IMG/VR virus record: IMGVR_UViG_3300047160_002455
Location: 1-64,000 of that record
Origin: a virus
Lineage: Duplodnaviria > Caudoviricetes
Length of the DNA stretch: 64,000 bases
Strand: one strand, 5' to 3'
Each line of letters opens with the position of its first letter. The stretch's first letter is position 1. Positions 56,076 to 64,000 of this stretch are shown here, piece by piece. Under the pieces are notes generated by a model, which saw nothing but the letters and a program-made list of their open reading frames with translations, had not been told where the DNA came from and searched no databases. The position numbers were made by a program, and so were the translations under genes.

Positions 56076-57428
56076 TTAGGTTCTCCTTACCGAAGCGTCC
56101 ATCTGACGACCCCGTGCTTCGCGTGCCGCCGTGCGCTTCGTTTCCATTTCCTCTTCGGTCATAACAAGTATGCCGTCCCTCCTCTGCGCTTTTATTCTAT
56201 CGCCCTGGTCAATGCCTCCGACTACAGGGCATTGCGTCAAAACCGGGTGCCCGTTCTCGTCCAGTGTCCGTATGTCGGACAAATCCAGCGCACGCTTGGT
56301 CAGAATCTTGCCTCTGACAAACTCATTCCAAGCGCGGACTAGCACCGCCATTTTCTCCCGCGCCGATGGCGGCGGGAATTTGACCGCCCCTTCCTCTTCC
56401 TCGGTTCGGATGGAAGCGAGTGCTTCACGCAACCGCCCCGCTTCATCATCGGAGGAAGTGGTCACCATTTCCCAGAATTGCTCTGCACGCTCCCAACGCT
56501 CCCACTTCAAGTGCTGCTCCGCTCGCGGGGGGTTGCCCAGTCGGTATTCGTTCACGTTGCTTGTGGAGCAACCCATCAAGTAGAACAGACCGGCGCAGCG
56601 TCCAGCGGACAGCTTGAGCCGCGCTAATGCCCGATTCTGGTTCAACTTGAAAATGGATTTGACACACTTGAGTAAACGTGGATGCCGTTCTCGAAAATTG
56701 CTGGACTCGGAATGCGTTTGATAGCGATGGTGTTCATCCTCTGCGGCATTGGTGCGGAGCCATACTAAATCGAGTGCCCCAGCCAAGAGGCTAGAGCATT
56801 CTTTGCGGTCGATTGGCGCGAGGTCCGCGAAATCGGGCGACGTGTAGATCATGTCTGCCTGAGTCCGCGTCTTGGTGTTATCAAGTGTCCGAATCACTCT
56901 GGGATCTTCAGATGCCCCAAAGCAAATCAAAGTGTCGATGGTAGGTTCTGACTTCCAGAATTTTCGGTAGTAGCCTGACGTGCCGTCAATCTGCCATCGC
57001 TGCCCTGACAGCACCAGCCCGACCAGCCGATGCACCCCGGACTCGACCCGCCCGGTGCGGGAAATAATAATGTTCTCGCAATTCAAACTGAAGCATTTAG
57101 TGAGAATATCCTGCTGTAGACTGAGTGCCCACGCGGGATCGAACGGTCGGTTCCATTGGTCGTTTCTCCAGCAACGGATTTTGTTTCCGTAGTGGTCTTT
57201 GAGCAAGTATACGTCACCGTACAGGCATTCCTTTTCACTGAGGGACGAGTCCTCCTTTCTGCGCCTGGCGACGTATTCGCCCTCAGCTTCCCATCCGAGA
57301 TATTTCTTCGCTTCGGTGCAGGTCAGTGGACCTTGCCCCCCCTCCTTTTCCGCGAAATGGTACTCGACCCGCACTTTCGGGTGCAGTACCTTGTCGGTTG
57401 GTGTGCTCGCCTTTGGCATCTTCCCCAC
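56076..57428 (-). CDS. Divergent ParB/Srx (DGQHR-like) protein
   Basis: LNCENIIISRTGRVESGVHRLVGL...RTLDNTKTRT. Confidence 0.6.
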   Translation of the reverse strand: MGKMPKASTPTDKVLHPKVRVEYHFAEKEGGQGPLTCTEAKKYLGWEAEGEYVARRRKEDSSLSEKECLYGDVYLLKDHYGNKIRCWRNDQWNRPFDPAWALSLQQDILTKCFSLNCENIIISRTGRVESGVHRLVGLVLSGQRWQIDGTSGYYRKFWKSEPTIDTLICFGASEDPRVIRTLDNTKTRTQADMIYTSPDFADLAPIDRKECSSLLAGALDLVWLRTNAAEDEHHRYQTHSESSNFRERHPRLLKCVKSIFKLNQNRALARLKLSAGRCAGLFYLMGCSTSNVNEYRLGNPPRAEQHLKWERWERAEQFWEMVTTSSDDEAGRLREALASIRTEEEEGAVKFPPPSAREKMAVLVRAWNEFVRGKILTKRALDLSDIRTLDENGHPVLTQCPVVGGIDQGDRIKAQRRDGILVMTEEEMETKRTAAREARGRQMDASVRRT

Positions 57429-57433
57429 TCTCC

Positions 57434-57718
57434 TTATCGGCGGTTCTTGGCGCGGCGGTCCCGTGCCACGGTGGCGCGTACTACCTGCGCCGTAGGTTTG
57501 CTGGGTTTGGGCGGATGCTTGACCAGTTCCTCCAGGGTTTCCCCGGACTCAAGCAACTTCAGACACGACGGGCAGCACGGTACTTCGCGGGCAATCTCTT
57601 GCCGCAGACCGTTGGGCACACCGTTGACTTTTCTGACAACGGTGCGCTGGATAGTCCACTTCTGTAGTGCTTGCTTCGGTGCCGTAGTGCCGGTGCAGAC
57701 GCGACATTTGTAACACAT
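57434..57718 (-). CDS. Zinc-ribbon protein
   Basis: CRVC...CPSC. Confidence 0.55.
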   Translation of the reverse strand: MCYKCRVCTGTTAPKQALQKWTIQRTVVRKVNGVPNGLRQEIAREVPCCPSCLKLLESGETLEELVKHPPKPSKPTAQVVRATVARDRRAKNRR

Positions 57719-57993
57719 TAGCCTTGGTCTCCTTGATAGTCTATACCGTCGATGCGAACGCGGATTATTCCCTCAACCGGCACGCTACGGTAATCGCACT
57801 TCTCCATGTCAAAGACAGTCACCAGTCCCTTCTCAGCGGGGCGGTACGACATATCCCCGCCCTTGAGATAAGCGCGGACTCCAACCCGGCACTTCATGTA
57901 TCGGGTTGAACCGTCACCGCGCTTGATGAAGGTGACGCTGAACACGCGCCCCGACTTCACCAGCTTCCGAAACTGTCCAGGGGTAATGGGCAT
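57718..57993 (-). CDS. SH3/Sm-like beta-barrel (WYL_2-like) protein
   Basis: FSVTFIKRGDGSTR...VFDMEKCDYRSV. Confidence 0.75.
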   Translation of the reverse strand: MPITPGQFRKLVKSGRVFSVTFIKRGDGSTRYMKCRVGVRAYLKGGDMSYRPAEKGLVTVFDMEKCDYRSVPVEGIIRVRIDGIDYQGDQG

Positions 57994-58009
57994 CCGTGCT
58001 TCCTCCTGC

Positions 58010-58534
58010 TCAGCGTCGCAACAAAATCATTGCCGCTAAGAAAGCTACCGGCAGTATCACGAGCACGGTAGCGATCATTAGGTCAATCACCTCCTGAATG
58101 GTCTCGTTTATCACCTCGTCCGCCAGCTGCCGTGTCCGCAGCGCAATCGAGCGGTTGACTTCGGGCAGCAATGCCCGACGCATGACGCTCCGGCATTCAC
58201 CGTCAAACCAATTCCAGAATGGGGCGGTCTCTTCCCAGTGATCCATGTCATGCGACTTCGGGCACGGATTGAGGATCAGTAAAGTGCGATTGAACACTTC
58301 CTGAGTTGATACGTGCAGCCCGCGCCAGACGGCATAACCGATGGCACAGGCACCGACAATCCGCGCGCCATTGTATCGTTCCCGATTCGATGTCCGGAAT
58401 GATCCCAGCACATCATGAGAGTGCTGAGTTAAGCGCGGATCATCATGCAAGAGACCGTCCGCCAGTGCCCGCAATCCGCTCAGGGGCAGCTTGGGACCAA
58501 TCCACTCCCTCCAACATGCTCTCCACTTCTCCAT
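58010..58534 (-). CDS. Hypothetical protein resembling a conserved Gemmataceae family
   Basis: MEKWRACWRE...GLRAL...DDPRL...ACAIG...WFD...MRRALLPEV; SD aaaggagg; family link from recall only. Confidence 0.6.
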   Translation of the reverse strand: MEKWRACWREWIGPKLPLSGLRALADGLLHDDPRLTQHSHDVLGSFRTSNRERYNGARIVGACAIGYAVWRGLHVSTQEVFNRTLLILNPCPKSHDMDHWEETAPFWNWFDGECRSVMRRALLPEVNRSIALRTRQLADEVINETIQEVIDLMIATVLVILPVAFLAAMILLRR

Positions 58535-58545
58535 AGGTTCCTCCT

Positions 58546-59361
58546 TTAAGACGTTCGTTTTCCTGCGATGTTCTCTATTTCTCGACACCAGCGCCTCCAA
58601 GATTTCTCGCATTTCTTCTTTATCATCAGCGCACTTGAAGACTTCTTGCCACCACGCGCCATACGGTGTTGCAGCAAGTAAACCCTCAATCCAGCAACCG
58701 TGGCAGTTAGCGAACCGTCTCTGACCAGAGACCAGAACCTTGTTGCCTCATCTGGCGATTGGTTGAACGAAGTACACGCCGCTGCCGCTACAGGGGACCG
58801 TAGTAATAAGTCGCGCTGCACTGACCTCGTGTCTTTGCTGTCGGCAATCATGGCTGAGTACCATGCACAGAACGGAATGTTGTCTTTCATTAGATTAGCG
58901 CGCTCCATTGCGGGGCGGTTCTGGTTGTGGGTTTCACCAAACTCGTGCAAGCCCAAACCCGGTACTATTACGTTAAGGTGCTCATCAGGGATATTCGCCA
59001 ATCGAGTATCACACCCAGCGACTGAACGATAAATGTCACGGGCACTGCGGACGCGCCATTTAGAATCGACAGTGTTGTACAGGTCGGCTACGTCAGCCAT
59101 CGTGTCCCCCTCGAAATCCTTGAAAGTTATCGGGATAGGACCGGGTATGTCGTCCCAATTGTCCAGCATGTCCTTGGATGAGTGCTTGCCGTCTATACGG
59201 AGCCACTTACCGCCAATTCTAATCCGTATCCACTCAGCACCGTGGAACCTGCCTGCCAGCATTTCAGCCTTGTAGTGCCTCAGTCGCGCGTCCGAAATTT
59301 TCCGGTCACGGGGGGCAGGGGTCATCTCCGCATACTCCTGCGCCTTTTCCTTTGTTGCCAT
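58546..59361 (-). CDS. Divergent ParB/Srx (DGQHR-like) protein
   Basis: RDRKISDARLRHYKAEMLAGRF...RIDGKHS. Confidence 0.6.
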   Translation of the reverse strand: MATKEKAQEYAEMTPAPRDRKISDARLRHYKAEMLAGRFHGAEWIRIRIGGKWLRIDGKHSSKDMLDNWDDIPGPIPITFKDFEGDTMADVADLYNTVDSKWRVRSARDIYRSVAGCDTRLANIPDEHLNVIVPGLGLHEFGETHNQNRPAMERANLMKDNIPFCAWYSAMIADSKDTRSVQRDLLLRSPVAAAACTSFNQSPDEATRFWSLVRDGSLTATVAGLRVYLLQHRMARGGKKSSSALMIKKKCEKSWRRWCREIENIAGKRTS

Positions 59362-59394
59362 TTCCACCACGCATCTTGTTTGCCTCCACATTTC

Positions 59395-59565
59395 TCACTT
59401 CTCCTTTATTTTTCGTGTAGGAATCACCGGCAGCCCCGCCGTTTCATCGGCAACCGCGCTGCACTGCTCACAGCTAGGCACGGGGCGGTTGACGCTCCAG
59501 TATACCGTTTCGACACTGACCACGCCGCCACACTGGGAACACTTGCCGATGATACGACGGTTCAT
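59395..59565 (-). CDS. Small zinc-ribbon protein
   Basis: CSQCGG...CEQCSA. Confidence 0.55.
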   Translation of the reverse strand: MNRRIIGKCSQCGGVVSVETVYWSVNRPVPSCEQCSAVADETAGLPVIPTRKIKEK

Positions 59566-59596
59566 GTTCCCAGAGCAGTAGCAACCAGCGACCTTT

Positions 59597-59980
59597 TCAC
59601 ACACTTGACTTACTCACTTTCGGGCACTGCGGCGGATCGACAGCGCGGTTATCACGTCTAGCGTTAAGTTTCCACCCTAGCAAGTCCCTGTTGAAATAGT
59701 TACACGCCCTATCGGCATCGCGTTTTGTTTTGAATGTTGCGAAGTGGTGAAAAGCAGCACCGAACCCTTCCAGATAACCGCGCCGATATCCCTCCTCTTC
59801 CGTCTTGACGCCCAGTGCATCAGCAACCATGCGGATAACATCCCGCAACTCCTTTTCAATATCCCGCAACTCCTCCTCACTATGGGGCGCGTACTGCAGC
59901 GAGCACTCCAGCGAGAGCGTCAACCGCGTCAGTTCCCCCAAAGTCAATTCCATGAAGTGCTTCCAGTCAACGGTCGGCAT
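59597..59980 (-). CDS. Hypothetical protein
   Basis: SD gagga before ATG. Confidence 0.5.
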   Translation of the reverse strand: MPTVDWKHFMELTLGELTRLTLSLECSLQYAPHSEEELRDIEKELRDVIRMVADALGVKTEEEGYRRGYLEGFGAAFHHFATFKTKRDADRACNYFNRDLLGWKLNARRDNRAVDPPQCPKVSKSSV

Positions 59981-60341
59981 TGTTCCTCACTTGCTTCTCA
60001 AGAAACAAGAGATGCGTTACCGGGACATCGGCAAGAAGAACCTTGCCGTCGATAACGATACTTGCCTTTGCGGTACAGTTGGCAGCATCTTGAGTCGCCA
60101 CCACATCCAATAGATCACCCACCGCCGCCCGCACATCGCGGACTAGGTCCGCCACCTTCATCTGTGGCATGTGCTGCTCAGACGGCAGCGCGTCACCGCC
60201 CTCCTCTTTCGGAGCGTACTTCCGCGCTATCCCCTCGAACATCGCGGGTTTTTGGTAGATGTGGTACGTCCGCTCCATGACTTCCTTGCCACGGTTTTTC
60301 TTGCCCGGAATTAGCGCGATGATTTGGTTCAGCTTTGCCAT
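59967..60341 (-). pseudogene. Probably C-terminally truncated conserved phage/bacterial protein
   Basis: MAKLNQIIA...FEGIARKYAPK...VATQD.AN..AKA....DG...LADVPVTHLLFLEKQ, then abrupt stop; homologs recalled as about twice this length. Confidence 0.5.
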
Positions 60342-60407
60342 GTTCCTCTCCTTGCGAGTTGCTTCATTTGTCCGCTGTTATTATACCTACCCTTGTCAAC
60401 CCGTCCA

Positions 60408-60632
60408 TCAAAATTTTTCGCGATAGTGCCGCTTCCTGCCCACATAGCGAAAGCGCGCCTGCCAGTCGTAATAGCGTGACCCTCTGTGCTTGACTATCAA
60501 GCGCGGGTCCAGGGGGTGAAAGAGCGGATGCCGCCTCTGGTAGCGCTCAATCATGACTTCGACCTTTTCCGCGCTGCCGGGTTCGGCACTCGTGGGCACA
60601 AACGGGACATCGGCGGGAGGGGGTGGGAGCAT
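60408..60632 (-). CDS. Small protein with planctomycete-type PT.A.PGS.EK...LFHP.D motif
   Basis: PTSAEPGSAEKVEVMIERYQRRHPLFHPLD. Confidence 0.55.
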   Translation of the reverse strand: MLPPPPADVPFVPTSAEPGSAEKVEVMIERYQRRHPLFHPLDPRLIVKHRGSRYYDWQARFRYVGRKRHYREKF

Positions 60633-60653
60633 AAAAAACTTTTTCCTTTTTGT

Positions 60654-60682
60654 TTGACACAAACCGTTTTTGATTTTACAAT
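60654..60682 (+). promoter_or_regulatory. Near-consensus sigma70 promoter TTGACA-N17-TACAAT facing antisense to the methylase genes
   Basis: -35 at 60654-59, -10 at 60677-82 in an AT-rich spacer. Confidence 0.7.
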
Positions 60683-60746
60683 GACATCGGGATAGTGTGT
60701 TTGTGTGTGTGCTTGTATGTGTATTACTGTATAGTAAGGCGCGTTT

Positions 60747-61496
60747 TCAGTTCTTAACCCAGACCCTTTCGCAGTAGTTCATCTCTTTCCCCTTGTCCAC
60801 GTTGGAAGCGCAGCGACTCACTTGTTTAAGATGTTGGAACGGCAGCCAGGTATCTTTGATCGTGCCGCAGACGATAACCTGTCCCTTCCGTGCCCGGCAC
60901 CATGCCGCCAGTTGCTTGTAGTCGATCTCATGGTGGACGTAGTATACCCCTTGCGATTGATACGGCGGGTCGATTAGCCACGTCGCCGCCTGATTCGGGC
61001 ATTCCTCATAGCTCCCCTCACAGACGCGCCAATGCTTGATTTGGTTCACTTGAGAGGCAATCCTAGCACGAATGACACTACCCCAGACGCAATCCACGCG
61101 CGTCTTGAGGTGCATCCACGGCGACGGTTTATTGCGTGGATGCTGCGATCCCTTGGCGATCCACCAGCCGATTAGCCAGCGTGCCTCTTCGCATAAATGC
61201 GTTAGATCGTTGACGCGCCGAAACTTCAGAGGCAAAGCTAGGATCTCCGAAGGTTTGGCAGCGATTAGATACCGCCACAGCCCGACCACTTTCGGGTTCA
61301 CGTCGTAAAGCAGCACCTTGCGGTTCGCATAGCGCAGAGCATAGGACGCGCTGCCCGCAAACGGTTCCACAATGAGATTATGCTTCGGACGCGGATAGAA
61401 CGGCACTAGCCGCCACTTGCTGCCGTAGTAGCTGAACATCGGCAGCAGGTCCGCGCCGCCGCGCCGCTTGATGCTGGCTGTAGATTTAGGGAGCAT
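60747..61496 (-). CDS. DNA adenine methyltransferase (D12/Dam-like)
   Basis: YYGSK, VEPFAGSAS, DPPY. Confidence 0.85.
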   Translation of the reverse strand: MLPKSTASIKRRGGADLLPMFSYYGSKWRLVPFYPRPKHNLIVEPFAGSASYALRYANRKVLLYDVNPKVVGLWRYLIAAKPSEILALPLKFRRVNDLTHLCEEARWLIGWWIAKGSQHPRNKPSPWMHLKTRVDCVWGSVIRARIASQVNQIKHWRVCEGSYEECPNQAATWLIDPPYQSQGVYYVHHEIDYKQLAAWCRARKGQVIVCGTIKDTWLPFQHLKQVSRCASNVDKGKEMNYCERVWVKN

Positions 61497-62343
61497 AGAC
61501 GAATCCGTTGACCAGCAAGACCTCCGGTGCAACTTCCCGCGCCGATCCGCGCTCCGTGGTGTGCAGATGCTTGTGGCGCGGACACTTGATTTTGCGCCAC
61601 CCGCTATACAGATTGTTCAGTTGCGGCGCGTCGTAATAGCTGACCACCACCCGCGCCTTGTGGAACCGCGATAGGGCGGTTGCCAGCCGCGAATGCTGCT
61701 CAGACGTAAAATCATACTCGAAACGACCGCCGCTTGACGTTGTTTCCGGCAAATAGGGCGGGTCGATGTACATAGAGACTTCTTTACGATCTTCGATTGA
61801 AGCTAGACACTCGAACAGATCCCGCCGCAAGATATGGACGTTTTTCAAGCGGTCCACCCAGGCAGGGATGGAATCCACGGCGCGGCGGAATCGCAAGGGA
61901 CCACTGCCGCCGCCCGAAGTCCAGCGCGTCGCGATGCTATGCTTGACCTTATCCGTTCCGATGATGCCGTTGCGCCCCATCCATGAAACAACGAAGTAGT
62001 GATATGCCCAGACCGCGCTGGGCGCATTTTTCTCCATGCACTGCAATTCCTCGACAGAGCGCAAATAGAGATCGTCCTGATACATGGTCCGCTCCAGCAT
62101 GTCGAATAGCTCCACCGACAGCTTGCCATCCTGCAGCACCCAGCACAGATTGGTGAGCGCGCCGTGCAGATCGCAAGCCATCTCATGGTGAGACGGCGGT
62201 TTCGCGAGCAAGACGGCAAGCGATCCACAGCACCCCTCGAAATAGAATTGGTGCCGCCCCAGCTGCCGGATAATAAGAGGAGCCATCGTGCGCTTGGACC
62301 CGTACCAAGGCAGGATGGCTCCTAGCGGTCTTTTTCCAGGCAT
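61486..62343 (-). CDS. DNA adenine methyltransferase (Dam-like)
   Basis: PWYGSK, FEGCCGSLAV, YIDPPY, VVVSYYD. Confidence 0.88.
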   Translation of the reverse strand: MPGKRPLGAILPWYGSKRTMAPLIIRQLGRHQFYFEGCCGSLAVLLAKPPSHHEMACDLHGALTNLCWVLQDGKLSVELFDMLERTMYQDDLYLRSVEELQCMEKNAPSAVWAYHYFVVSWMGRNGIIGTDKVKHSIATRWTSGGGSGPLRFRRAVDSIPAWVDRLKNVHILRRDLFECLASIEDRKEVSMYIDPPYLPETTSSGGRFEYDFTSEQHSRLATALSRFHKARVVVSYYDAPQLNNLYSGWRKIKCPRHKHLHTTERGSAREVAPEVLLVNGFVYAP

Positions 62344-62774
62344 TACGCCCCAGCTTTCAGTACCTTCCGCTTGTAACGGCGGTTGATCGAGATATCCTTT
62401 TCCCGCAGTTTCGGCAGACGCTTGTGTGCCTCCGCGTAGACTGCCAGCGCTTTGCGTCCACGATCCGTAATCTCGTAGACGGTCTCGTTGATGCCGTCCT
62501 CCGGTACTTTCAACTCCTCCTTAGACACCAAGCCACCAGGGACAAGTCCCGTTACCGATGCACCGTAGGAATCGCGACCGTTCAGCGCGGCAGTAATCGT
62601 GCCGCTGATTGCACTAATCCCGATGCGTTCACACAGCTTGGCGCGAGTCAGTGCCGGGGCAGGCGTGCCCACCGATAATACCCGCAAAATGCGGATTTGG
62701 GGCAGGCGCAACTTCGTTTGGACAGCACCGTTCTTCTTAGGGTGCTTCCGCCCAGGCTTCGTGACTTTCGGCAT
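62343..62774 (-). CDS. Winged-HTH DNA-binding protein
   Basis: QIRILRVL...LTRAKLCERIG...VYEITDRGRKAL; SD aaaggag before ATG 62774. Confidence 0.65.
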   Translation of the reverse strand: MPKVTKPGRKHPKKNGAVQTKLRLPQIRILRVLSVGTPAPALTRAKLCERIGISAISGTITAALNGRDSYGASVTGLVPGGLVSKEELKVPEDGINETVYEITDRGRKALAVYAEAHKRLPKLREKDISINRRYKRKVLKAGA

Positions 62775-62811
62775 TGCAAAATGCTCCTTTCCTCGAAAAA
62801 GATAGTTGTCC

Positions 62812-62840
62812 TGAGGAACTTTCCTCACTGACAAATTATA
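62812..62840 (-). promoter_or_regulatory. 7-2-7 palindrome TGAGGAA-CT-TTCCTCA just downstream of a TATAAT -10 box
   Basis: Palindrome 62812-27; ATTATA at 62835-40 reads TATAAT on minus; -35 poor. Confidence 0.55.
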
Positions 62841-62882
62841 CGGCTGGGGTCGAGGCAAAGAAAGCAAAAAGTTAGTCCTCAC

Positions 62883-63386
62883 TTACGCGGAGAACGAAAA
62901 ACCGCACTTGGGACACTCAAACTGCCGCGCTTTGCCGTTTGCCGGGGTTTCCGCTGGGACATACTCCCGCCGCAGCCTGAGAAGATCGTCCTGAGACCAC
63001 CCCTGCTCAATCATCTGGGCATCCTCGACTAGCTCAGACACCCGTGCTACAGCGTCATAATCCCAACGCGCCAATTCGGCAGTCCGGTTGTCCGCGAGAC
63101 TGTAGCCGATTGCCTTTCCCGCGTGAAAATTGACCCAGGTGACCGCGATTTCGGTCCAACCCAGCTGACGTGCCGCCTCCAGCGTTCCATTGCCTGCAAT
63201 CACTATCCTAGTGCGACGTTGCACCACTAGGGGCTTAGTCTGCCCATAGGCAGCCAGCGAGCCCTTGATAGCGTCAATGTTCGCTTCGGGGTGCAAACGG
63301 GCGTTATTGGGGTTCAGCTGCAGGCGGTCGATAGCGACTACCTCGACTTTAGACTTCCTGCCTACCAGGATGTTTGACTTTGGCAT
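62883..63386 (-). CDS. ParB N-terminal domain protein (DNA-modification-associated type)
   Basis: LNPNNARLH...SLAAYGQTKPLVV...IAGNGTLEAA...LADNRTAELA...CPKCG. Confidence 0.85.
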   Translation of the reverse strand: MPKSNILVGRKSKVEVVAIDRLQLNPNNARLHPEANIDAIKGSLAAYGQTKPLVVQRRTRIVIAGNGTLEAARQLGWTEIAVTWVNFHAGKAIGYSLADNRTAELARWDYDAVARVSELVEDAQMIEQGWSQDDLLRLRREYVPAETPANGKARQFECPKCGFSFSA

Positions 63387-63411
63387 TCGATTGCCCCGAT
63401 TCTTGCCTGCG

Positions 63412-64000
63412 CTATCTGAAAGTATGGCTAAACGAACAATGCGGGCTAAACCAGATTCGCTCCCGTCTACAATTCGCCTTGCCTTGGCTCTCGCTCTTGG
63501 ACAGTGAAGCCATGCCCCCATTCGCCTTCCACGCCACGCATTTCCAAGATTGCGGCATAGTGTGCTCGCCTTCGTATCCGCATAGCGCTATGCGCAAGCG
63601 CGGGTCGTCCCCATGCTCAATCGCCCACTCGCGCACGTCGTGAGCGACGGACAGCGAATCGACGCGGTAGCAGCCGTCTTCTCGATTCGCCGTATCCGCA
63701 TATGGCGGGTCTAGGAAGATGCCGCAGGGCTTACCGCCAGCGAAAAAGTGCGATAGCGCATTGCCACTTCTGCCACCGCAAACCCGCCGCCAGTCACCGC
63801 AGCAGACGCGGACACGCCGCAGGCGTTCGCAGAGTGCCTGCATCCAGGCGTGTAAGCCTTGCTCGCCGCAGCCAGCGATACCATTTTCGCTCGGTGTATC
63901 GCGGCAGGATTTCTTGAGCACGCCCTCGCCCGCGTTGCTCAGGTGGACGCACCGCCGCGATACTCCATTGGTGCTCGTTATCTGGACTAATTGGCGCACT
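63412..64000 (-). CDS. DNA methyltransferase, 5'-partial
   Basis: IFLDPPY...RIALCGYEGEH...RERIWFSPHC. Confidence 0.8.
   Translation of the reverse strand, partial: VRQLVQITSTNGVSRRCVHLSNAGEGVLKKSCRDTPSENGIAGCGEQGLHAWMQALCERLRRVRVCCGDWRRVCGGRSGNALSHFFAGGKPCGIFLDPPYADTANREDGCYRVDSLSVAHDVREWAIEHGDDPRLRIALCGYEGEHTMPQSWKCVAWKANGGMASLSKSESQGKANCRRERIWFSPHCSFSHTFR

Larger units (their letters stand above)
1..64000. mobile_element. Tailed dsDNA phage/prophage genome segment (head, tail, glycosylation and early/methylase modules)
   Basis: Canonical order protease-scaffold-decoration-MCP-connector-closure-gp10-like-terminator-tube-chaperone(-1 PRF)-tape measure; dense overlapping genes; no host housekeeping genes; no integrase seen. 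Confidence 0.95.

Noticed and set aside
55177-56079. 300-aa plus-strand ORF (also 54106..54630 and 57156..57713)
   Set aside because: Antisense to coherent minus-strand genes that have Shine-Dalgarno sites; Arg/His/Pro-rich shadow composition
60380-60399. Perfect TTGACA and TATAAT hexamers on the minus strand
   Set aside because: The spacer is only 8 nt, so it cannot be one canonical sigma70 promoter; the -10 may be real with another -35
60694-60725. (GT)n-like tract as telomere or microsatellite
   Set aside because: Short and imperfect; kept only as part of the antisense-promoter finding
1-64000. Genome-wide TGA recoding to explain the in-frame TGA at 19432
   Set aside because: Many well-supported genes end in TGA, with ATGA-coupled downstream starts
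1-64000. tRNA, rRNA, integrase or att sites
   Set aside because: No cloverleaf, rRNA signature or recombinase motif seen; lifestyle cannot be assigned from this window

Overview
The whole window is a segment of a tailed dsDNA phage or prophage genome, probably siphovirus-like. No integrase, att site, tRNA or CRISPR array was seen. The host is most likely a planctomycete, based on a LEPRxLL-like motif and Gemmataceae-style hypothetical proteins. The plus strand from 1 to 52.8 kb carries, in order: a head-associated effector array (tandem HEXXH peptidases, two PI3/4-kinase-like domains and putative immunity modules fused in a chain), a 1814-aa DUF2213-like maturation protease polyprotein with an intein, scaffold, decoration and major capsid genes, an island of secreted/membrane proteins (lipase, trypsin-like protease), head-tail and tail genes (GIY-YIG endonuclease, -1 frameshift chaperone, tape measure, Cys-rich tip), and an ~11 kb glycosylation/sugar-biosynthesis cluster. 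The minus strand from 52.8 to 64 kb carries ParB/Srx-like, HTH and three DNA adenine methyltransferase genes. The most striking observations are: (1) an HTH+Vsr-like endonuclease gene encoded antisense and codon-in-register inside the intein, with a sigma70-like promoter lying across the C-terminal splice junction; (2) a daisy-chained toxin/immunity polyprotein array with a shared Cys-bracketed tag; (3) pervasive Asn-ending boundary motifs suggesting Asn-specific polyprotein processing; (4) an in-frame TGA followed by a SECIS-like hairpin; (5) strong GGCC avoidance that breaks down in swapped modules.
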